The notes beneath the pieces were generated by a model. The model did no database searches. It saw only the letters and a program-made list of their open reading frames with translations, and was not told where the DNA came from. Below are positions 54,260-64,000 of a stretch of DNA of 64,000 bases, in pieces. The stretch comes from Octopus vulgaris (taxonomy: Eukaryota), in contig OX597816.1 in NCBI GenBank assembly GCA_951406725.2, positions 44,144,001 through 44,208,000 on the forward strand, in the 5' to 3' direction. Within the stretch, counting starts at the first letter, position 1. Each line of letters begins with the position of its first letter. The translations under genes and the position numbers were made by a program.

Positions 54260-55300
54260 AGTAAAGCACGTAGGTTGTATTGCTGGAGTTATGGAACGTG
54301 CTCTAAGACATGAAGTAACAAAAGACGTTCGATGATCTCAGAGGTATAATAAGGTAACAAAGACATTTACGGCCTTTGACGGGTACAGGTTTGCAGACTT
54401 CAAGCATATTTGGCTGCTGTCCTCCAGGCGGTTGCTTTGGAGCCCAACTTCAGAAGCTGAATCACTGATGTGTACAGTGTCATTTGCTCGATGGTCGTGC
54501 CCCCTTCCTCCTTATGTATGTGCTGACTTTAATCAATACTGTAGATTTGGGAGGCTTCGAGGGGTATCGCTCAACAATTAACCTACAAAGGATAATCTTG
54601 CATATGCTTGCAACTTCAATTAATAGCGTCGGACTCCAAACACATGAAAATGTTGGCATTACTGTAAGCACAATACGAAGTGGTAACAGGAGAAAAATTA
54701 ACTAGCAGATCAACACCTAGAGACGCAGGACCACGTTATCCAACAATATGTGGTAATTCTGCAGTGTAGTTTGTACACAGGGTATCTTCAGGTACGGCAG
54801 TGCGGACAATTTATAGAGCAGTGGTGATGGACAAGATCTATGATATGTTTGGCGAAATTCTGTGCATCAATTAAATTCAACTGGCAGGTCTTTTTGAAAG
54901 GAGTTTGAGGTCTGGGAGCATGGAAAACTTCCAGAAATCGCTGGTTTGGCTGTGCTACCTGGGTGAGAGAGATTGCGATTCCGAGATAAATTCTAAAGAC
55001 AAGTTAATGTCGTAACCCGAGATTTCAGCAGAGCGACAAAGCCGTCTTTCTCATGCTTGCATAGTAATTCGAAGATTTCTGACTTGAAGTTAAGTTGCAT
55101 AGCTATTATCACATATATGATGGAACCGGCTATCAACCAATTTCGTACCTCAATGCCTTCCAGGTTTCTTCTGTTTCATGACTGTTGACAACAGGACATG
55201 TGATGGACGAGACTGAAACAACTAAATTTAGACATTGCTTTCTCACCAAGCATTCAACGAATTTTTCAAGTTCCAGATGAAAAAGAAAGGCGAGGGTTGT
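54260..55300 (-). mobile_element. Possible highly decayed BEL/Pao LTR-retrotransposon pol fragment
   Basis: Only weak remnants in plausible order: KPAIS (NPAD), EV....II....V.R, PVPVKG, TSCLRA. Confidence 0.35.
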
Positions 55301-55471
55301 GACGGAGGTAATGCCCCCGTTGAACTTGTTAAAAGGTAGGTGAATGTAGCAAGGAATGGCGGAACATTACAGAGGAGAGAGGAGGTGTTGCCTCAGTATT
55401 CCTTTTGAGCAGGGTAACTTGGAATCTAGGGGTATTCATTGTCACCCTTGGGTGATATTTCCTTCTTATTA

Positions 55472-55832
55472 CTCTTTTTATTATTTTACTTGTTTCAGTC
55501 ATTTTGACTGTGGCCATGCTGGAGCACCGCCCTTAGTCGAGCAAATCTTTGTAAGCCTAGTACTTATTCCATCGGTCTGTTTTGCTGAACCACTAAGTTA
55601 CGGGGACGTAAACAAACCAGCATCGGTTGTCAAGCGATGTTGAGAGGGTGGACAAACACAGACACACAAACATATACACACACATACATATAAATATATA
55701 CATATATACGACGGGCTTCTTTCAGTTTCGTCTACCAAATCCGCTCACTAGGCTTTGGTCGGCCCGAAACCATAGTAGCAAACATTTGCCCAAGATGCCA
55801 CGCAGTGGGACTGAACCCGGAACCATGTTGTT
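55472..55832 (-). mobile_element. SINE family A, head-truncated
   Basis: Matches 26422-26843 up to GGGACTGAACCCGGAACCATG. Confidence 0.92.
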
Positions 55833-55942
55833 TGTCTATTAATTTCATTTGCTCCTAAATGTTAATATATATATAATTTCACACGCATCTTTGTCTTTTC
55901 ATATTCTGTAAATTTTTTTTCACCTCTCGGGCCAATAAAGAA

Positions 55943-56001
<59 letters not shown>

Positions 56002-56036
56002 TATTATTATCATCATCAACATCATCATCATCATCA

Positions 56037-56089
<53 letters not shown>

Positions 56090-56138
56090 TTTATCATTAT
56101 TATTATTGAGTGAGAGGGCAGTATACCCATCATCATCA

Positions 56139-56733
<595 letters not shown>

Positions 56734-56863
56734 CATTATTATCATCATTATTATTATTATTATTATTTTTGCTGTTGTTGTTGTTATTGTTCTTTCCCTC
56801 GGGTATCTCTTGCACCTTATATTTTGGTAGACTTGCTTTCAGTGTTATATACATGTTTGTACA

Positions 56864-56949
<86 letters not shown>

Positions 56950-57857
56950 GTATGTAAAGACACACACATATGCGAGCGTACTTGTGATTGCATATATTTA
57001 GTTGCTTCAGAAAGATAGCAGGAGAGTGTTTCAAGTTTTCATTATAGGTCTACCTGTAAAACGGATTCATGCAACATCGAAACTAAGTTTCCTTTGAAGA
57101 AATTGATAATCATTTAGATGTAATCGTTTTCTAACCTTTAACCGCTAGAAGTAAACTCCAAGATCAACCTCGAAGAAACTAGATGAAAATGAACATAATT
57201 TCATTTACAATTTCATTGAAAGCTTGCAATAAAGAACTGTGTTCGCCAATCATCTCTCTCTCTCAATAGTATTGATATAGGTTTTAGCGCGAATGATTTT
57301 TAATTTGGATGCCTTAGTCGGAAATGGAATCGTATTGTAACTTGTTAGACACAGTTACGTTATTAGGTCAATATGTCGTTATCGGTTTCATCTAAAGGTG
57401 AATAACTCGTCAGAATTAAACGATTTCCAATTTCTGGAATAGTAACTCAATTTCAAAGACACTAGGTTTCCTATACGGATTTCACAATATTAATTAAATT
57501 CCTTTGAATAGGTTATTATTGGTAGTTTCAGCCTGTAAAAGCTTTCCGATTGTGAAAGAGGAAAATAAAAGCAGTAGCGACATTTTCTTTTCTATTATAG
57601 TTAAGGGATATCTGAGTAGTTTGAGTAACATAGGAACACTGTTTAATGAATCTAAGGTATTTCTGTTGAAGTGTTACGAAATCTTCGTTTCGAGACGCAA
57701 AGAAGTATCATATATATCTCTCTCTTTCTCTTTCTCTCTCTCTCGCTCCCCTCCCCCACACATATATATAGTGGAAATTTACAGAGAAACAAAGACGAAC
57801 ACAGGTGCACGAACAACAAGCAGGTGTATTGTATTGATGCTCGGGAAAGTGAGGAAG

Positions 57858-57895
57858 TATTTGACGTTTCGAGCTTACGCTCTTCAACAGAAATA
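57858..57895 (-). ncRNA. Minimal hammerhead variant (CUGUUGA plus extra A) in a PLE-like fragment at 57768-57925
   Basis: Minus strand TATTT-CTGTTGA-A-GAGC GTAA GCTC-GAAA-CG-TC-AAATA. Stem I differs from the 30733 copy but still pairs. Confidence 0.65.
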
Positions 57896-58292
57896 AATAA
57901 GAGAAAATATACGGAGAGAGAATAAAATAAACTGATCTATACCATCTGAATAACAGTTTTTTAAATTTATTTTTAACTAAACAGTTTGAAAGTTCGAATA
58001 ATGGTAGAATTTCTCACGTAGAAGACGGTTTATTCTGAATGTTTTTGACAAAATTTCCTATTTTACAAGTTATTTCGTGTTAAAGATGTCGTATCGGGAT
58101 AATTTCAACCAATTATGTTACCATTCACAATCATCTTATATTTTATCTACGCATTCGCACAAGTGATATGAACAAATCCACACATACACAAGCATACGTA
58201 CAGAAATGCAGACATATAAAAATATACTTATATGTGCCAATATGTCTAGATTTGCTGATATATATCTATATTCAATATAAACATAAATATCT

Positions 58293-58355
<63 letters not shown>

Positions 58356-59409
58356 TGTGTGTGTCTGTGTAGTGAAGAATTACTACTTGCGATGAAATAA
58401 ATAACGTTTAACCAGAGATTAGAACACCATATATATCCTTGTATATTCAAATTCCAATCAAGTATTAAACAATTTGTGATAGTTTCTTATGGTGTTGTGT
58501 AAACTTGAATAAACCCTAACCAAGTTTCAATTTCCCCTCTCTACAGCATTCTAAAACCATTTAATATTGTTAAGTTAAAATTTTCTTTGACGACTTCTTA
58601 GGTAGTTGAGTTATCTTTTCCCACAGATATCCTCACAACAGTAATTCTTGTTGGGGCTGCCTGCTGGAGCCTATGCGGCAGGTATTTAAAGGGAAAACTT
58701 TGACAAGACAGTCAATCACCGGCTGACACTCGCTGACGATACATCGAAGAGGCCAGGGAACATAAGAAAGAAGAAGAAAGAAGACATGCACCCAACGCCA
58801 GAGCTGAAGACACCTCCGAAAGGGAGGGGGCCGCCACGTCAAAACGGTAGAGGAGTAGGGACTGAAACCGGACGTAGTTCCTCCTGATGATGTCTTGAGC
58901 TAACTGGTTCCTATAAAGGAGTTGTTGTGGTAGCAGACCACAAAACACGCTGGTAATTCCTCGTTTCTTTCTCTCTTTATTTCTCTGATAAATATAATAA
59001 TACCATGCTCTTTCTAAACTATTAGATGAATAAGGTTTGTTTTTTTCCCGTTTTTAAAACATTTTATGCACATTTCCAATTTAGCTCTGTCAGCCAGCCT
59101 ATAATGAGTAATAATCCTGAAATTTGGGGTATGGGGATTAGTCAATTACATCGACTCCAGTGTTTCACTGGTACTAATCTTATCGTCCCCGAAAGGATGA
59201 AGGGCAAAGTTGACCTCAGTGGAGTTTGAACTAGGAGCATAAAGGCGGACGAAATGCCGCTAAGAATTTTTATCCGGTGCGCTATGTTCATTACTAATAT
59301 TCGTTAGCGAAAAACGTGTAAAGATTATATGATTTATATTATAATTAAAAATGAACTAAATGTCGTATACATTCGATATATTGGACCGGGATGTGTGTTG
59401 TGTTCTTTA

Positions 59410-59650
59410 TTTCACATTCTCCAATTCATACAGTTACAGAAATTAGTCGCGACCTCACTAGTGCCAAGCTGTATCGGCCTTTTCCCTTCGCTTGGATAAC
59501 ATCGGTGGCGTGGAGAGAGTAGCTTATATGCATGGGCAACTTTTGATCTTCCATAAACACTCTTGCTCGGACTCGTGCCTCGGAGAGGAACTTTCAAGAT
59601 ACAATCCCATGGTCATTCATGACCGAAGGGGTCTTTACCCTATTTTTACC
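59410..59650 (+). mobile_element. Probable SINE/LINE 3' end with RTE-like tail
   Basis: Ends CCCATGGTCATTCATGACCGAAGGG...TTTACCC, a stem-loop plus short repeat tail. Confidence 0.45.
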
Positions 59651-59667
59651 CTGTAGGTATGTATATT

Positions 59668-59740
<73 letters not shown>

Positions 59741-59744
59741 TTGT

Positions 59745-62376
59745 ATATAGTAACACACAGGGAGGAATTTCGATTATCCGAACGTGGTGAGTTGCAATAC
59801 TAAAAATATTTACATGTATTTAAATAAATATTTGCATAGCTTTAATACATTTTAAAATATATTTTATATTGTGACTGTGTTTGTCGACCGGTTTCGCTTT
59901 CGCTAATCATGACATTGAAAGTATTGTAATTTCGTATTTTCTTAAGAAGATTTTAGTCCATGTTGTGTGTGGAGAAATTAACGAATGAGTGATTCAACAA
60001 GTAGAAAAATCTAAGAGAGTTTAGTAATTGGTGATCGTTATTATAAGAGGAAGATAATTATTTCTGTTTTTAAAAAGTGATTCATCCTCATTGTCGTAGT
60101 CAGTTGGTGCTTCTGTGAATCGTATTTTTCAGCAGAATTCCGAAATATTGTCTTTAATTTCATTCTGGTTAAATCTTCGTGGGGTTGGGGTAAACTTTAA
60201 TCCTATAGCTAGTAAACTGATTTTTTTTGCAGCTAGAGTTTTCTTTGATAAACTTATTACTTTGAGTTTCTCTTATATGCTTTGTTTCAACGTATGTCCC
60301 TGTTTCTCTCAACGCGGTCTAAAAAATGTTTACTGTAGAAGTCATCAGTGATTCGTTGAAGTTATCAGGGTTATTATTGTTATTAATTATATTAGGACTG
60401 TTGGGAGACTGATGTTGTTGTCTGGGTAAATTGGTTGGAAGTACGTGCTTTAGGTTTCTTCGTTAGAATAAATCGTTGGGATTCTTAATTATGTTTGAGA
60501 TGCTGAGGAGTTAGTTTTGCTGTCTAGGTAAATAAGCTGGAATTCCGTAGGTTGAGTTTCCTTGATGGGGAGTAGAAGTTCCTTGGACGTTACTAGTTTC
60601 TGGGGAGAAATAGTTACGCCTAACCCTAGGTTGGTTTCTTCTAGTATTTCTTATTACTGAGTTGCCACTATTACTAGATTGAAAACGGTTTACTTCCACG
60701 TGAGAAGTTAGTTGTGTGTGTTTGTGTTCTTTTAGATGCTTATAGTTTGTTTTTGCTCTGGATTTTTTTCAGGAAGGAGTTATCTGAAATATAATCTCTA
60801 TTACACTGAGTTTCGAAACTAAGGACGAAATTAACACTGTTTTCCTCCCGTTGCAGGGAATTTATTTCTTCCAGCTCACAGCTGCCCTTCCATAGATTTA
60901 TAACAGCTTCCAAAAGTTGTTCATCAGTATGTTTAGTGAGTTCGGTGTACATTTCTTCATCGATCGCTTTATATTTTTGCTCGTTATTCGATGCTCTAAA
61001 TTTAAGTAACTCAATCTCTATTTTCATTTTCTCTAGTGCTAATTTCTCCCTGGCTGTCTTTGTTGTTCGGGCTTTTCTGAGATTGGTTTGATTTGTAGTT
61101 TGCGTGGGGGAATTAATGGTGCTGAGTTAATCCATTTTCATATATTTCTGCATTATTATTATTTTTTATTATGTTAGAGCGTTATGGTTTTGGGACTAAA
61201 TATGGCTAATGCGGCTATTAATTAAATGGGCTGACATTGAAATATTTTCATTATGGCTTAGGTATTTGGGTGATAATTCTTTTTCAAAATTGTTCATGAA
61301 AACTGAGTGCAATGTTCTGCATAGTTCGTTCAAATTTTGACTAACCTTCTCAGTAGATCGTCTTCTCTATTCATTTTCAGCTTCTTCTCTGGTGCAGTAA
61401 CTTAATCCACAGATTTTGTTAGAATAAATAAATTTGAGTTACTTGTGTGTAATTCCCTCAATATGTCCTCGTTGATAATTTTATCCGATGTGTTTATGGT
61501 AGGTTTCGAGGCATTTTCCGTTCACGTGTGGTAAATAGTAGTAAAACAAAAAGAGGAATTGCGATTATCTCCACGTGGGGTGTTCAAATATCACAAATAT
61601 ATACATGAAATAAAAGAAGTAAAATGCAGCTACTTTACATCATTATATATGTTTTTAAATACATTTTATATTGTGTTTTTCGACCGGTTTCACTTTCGCT
61701 AATCATGACATTGAAAGTATTGTAATTTTAGTCCGTGCTGTGTGTGGAGAAATTTACAAATGACTGATTCAACATATAGAAAAATCTAAGAGGAGGTAAC
61801 TGGTGATCGTTATTATTGGGGACGGGGGAGGTAATTGCTTATCTTTCTAGGAGGTGATAATATAAACAAAAAGTCAAAAGGTAAAGTAATGAGTTGAAAT
61901 ATGTACAGTGCTGGGTATATGATCATGAATTAAAATATATATTAAGATCAAAGTTGGTTATGCGTTCATATTTAGACGTGTTCTGCATTTTTCGTTGAAC
62001 AATTTTTTTTATTTAAAGTTCCTGTTATAAAAATTGTTTCTTTACACGCTGAGATGAGGAAAACTGTGAAGTTTGGTTGGATATTATCTTCACATCTCTC
62101 TATGTATTCACTCAAAGGAATTTATGTGTATTGCGGGAACCGGATGTGTTCCTTATGTAGTGTGGTTCTTCATTTTAATGGCATACTTGTCTTTTCTATA
62201 TAGTTATGCCCACAACCTCAGCAAGTTATAGCATAAATTAGATTCTCGGAAGCACGAATCTTCTTAAGAAAATACGAAATTACAATAATTTCAATGTTAA
62301 GATTAATGAAAGTGAAACCGATCGACAAGCACAATATAAAATATATAAAAACTATGTAAAGTCCCTGCATTTTCTT

Positions 62377-62380
<4 letters not shown>
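59745..62380 (-). mobile_element. Penelope-like element, partial tandem with inverted 5' pLTR, RT deleted
   Basis: Direct repeats at ~59762-60045 and ~61553-61816. ORF remnant from ATG 61514 including KVISLSKKTL....ISLL..GLKFTPTP. GIY-YIG remnant SENLIYAITC.GCGHNYI..T...L..R...H at ~61950-62255. Inverted pLTR piece at ~62257-62346. (TA)n on both flanks. Confidence 0.9.
59882..59914 (-). ncRNA. 33-nt minimal hammerhead with A3-U8 core (AUGAUUA)
   Basis: Minus strand TGTC-ATGATTA-GC GAAA GC-GAAA-CCGG-TC-GACA. Repeated at 61678-61710 (-) and degenerate at 62295-62327 (+). Confidence 0.75.
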
Positions 62381-62465
<85 letters not shown>

Positions 62466-63384
62466 GGAGGTAGGAGAGCGACGGATGGCTCAATGGATGG
62501 ACAGATAGATAGATTCTAATAATGATCTCATAGATATAATTTGAGTTATAAAGTCATAAGACTAAAAAGATTACTCAGAAAGAATGAGAGACAGACAGAG
62601 AGAGATACACGTTGATATGGCTGATAGGTAGAACAAACTCCAGTGTTGTTACAGAGTCAAACTATTGGCCGATAAATACATTGTATATGATAAACACCGC
62701 ACACACACACACACATTTACAAGCATGCGCAGACGCACACACAGAGACACACACACATATACACAATCACGTATGCAACCCCACACAATGAAAACATTTA
62801 TAAAATCTTTTATGTTCTAAACTGCGTAAACATGGATCTCTTTGGGAAACTAATTCGTTCTGTTTCTATCTCCGAAATAGAAAGAAAGAAATTGTATGAA
62901 ACCGATGCTGTAATTAACAGAGATAGATAATGTTCTTTGATTAATAGCTTGCTATATACTTTGTCTGTACATTGAATACTGCACATAATTATAGGTTAGA
63001 ATTTATTTTAATTAATGATAACTTTTGCCTTCAAAAACCTGACAGAAATGAAAAAAATAAATAAAAATGCTCATCTCCGAATATAACTTTAGATTAATTA
63101 TTTTCTTATCGAAGTCATCATGGCTGTTGTTGCTGCTGTTGCTTCTGTTGTTTTTGATATTTTTAGTTTTGAATCGGTAGAAAGTTGAACAAAAATGCTC
63201 TTCAATATGTGTTCAGGTTTTGTACGTTCTGTGTTCAAATTCCAGCAAGTTATACTTTGCCTTTCGCCCTTAAGTTTCAGTGACGTAAAGTGCCAAACAA
63301 GTACTTGAGAGTTTATTTAATCGACCAGATATCCTCCAGATTTCTGGCTTTGGGTTTCTGTCAGAATGTATCATTATTATTATT

Positions 63385-63739
63385 CAGTAGTTTTATTTTT
63401 ATATCGTGCTTTCACTTCACTACCGAGCGCAGCTCTGTGTGCCTTGGGTATGTGCTGTGGTTTGTCGTGATGCTCATATGGTTATTGTACGGAAAGTGTT
63501 TTTGTCATACCTAATGCGCCTACTATGATAGGAATTGTCTCTGTTTTTAGATTCCACATTCGAGTTACCTCTGTTTCGAAGTCTTTGTAATTTGAAAGTT
63601 TCTCCATTTCTTTTAGAGAAACGTTGTCATCTGCTGGTATTACTACATCAATCAGAAAGCATTTTTTTCTTCATGATCTCTGACAACTATATCTGGCCTA
63701 TTGGCCTTAATTTCTCTATCTGTGTGTATTGGCATATCC

Positions 63740-63740
<1 letters not shown>
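63385..63740 (-). mobile_element. R4/Dong-like LINE 3' fragment 6
   Basis: PADDNVSLKEMEKLSNYKD.E.EVTRMWNLKTETIPIIVGALG, adjacent to (TTA)n at 63741-63788. Confidence 0.85.
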
Positions 63741-63789
<49 letters not shown>

Positions 63790-63790
<1 letters not shown>

Positions 63791-64000
63791 CTGAGCTGTA
63801 AGAAACGTTAGCACGCTGGATGAAATGTTTAACGGTATTTCGCTCGTTTCTACATTCTGAGATCAAATTTCGCCTAGGTCGATTTTGCCTTTCATCCTTT
63901 CGGGAGCGATAAAATAAGTACCAGTTGAACACTGGGGTCGATGTCATCAACTCATCCCCTCCCCTAATACTGCTACCCTTGTGGCAAAATTTGAAGCTAT
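63790..64000 (+). mobile_element. SINE family B
   Basis: GAGCTG.AAGAAACGTTAGCACGC...GTCGATTTTGCCTTTCATCCTTTCGGG...CACTGGGGTCGAT. Confidence 0.88.

Overview
AT-rich, repeat-saturated eukaryotic DNA. The SINE families and the density of (TA)n, (AAT)n and (GATA)n tracts point to a cephalopod, probably Octopus (inference). No host gene is confidently identified, and most ORF-track entries are translated microsatellites. The window holds decayed transposons: Tc1 IR/DR, several mariner/maT copies, a Buster-type hAT with a pogo-like MITE inside it, a Helentron-type HINE, CR1/L2 and Tx1 LINE pieces, six R4/Dong-like LINE 3' ends in (AAT)n, and two tRNA-derived SINE families. Three observations stand out. 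(1) At least ten hammerhead-ribozyme (HHR) motifs sit in Penelope-like (PLE) remnants next to microsatellites, with variant cores (A3-U8 covariation, an extra A after A9, very long stem II). (2) A 2.2-kb ORF1-only Tx1/HAL1-like retroelement is inserted with a target-site duplication into the tRNA head of a SINE. (3) An (AAT)n landing pad has stacked Dong-like LINE tails, a non-coding partner element and an inverted duplication. Boundaries of decayed elements are approximate and were read by eye.
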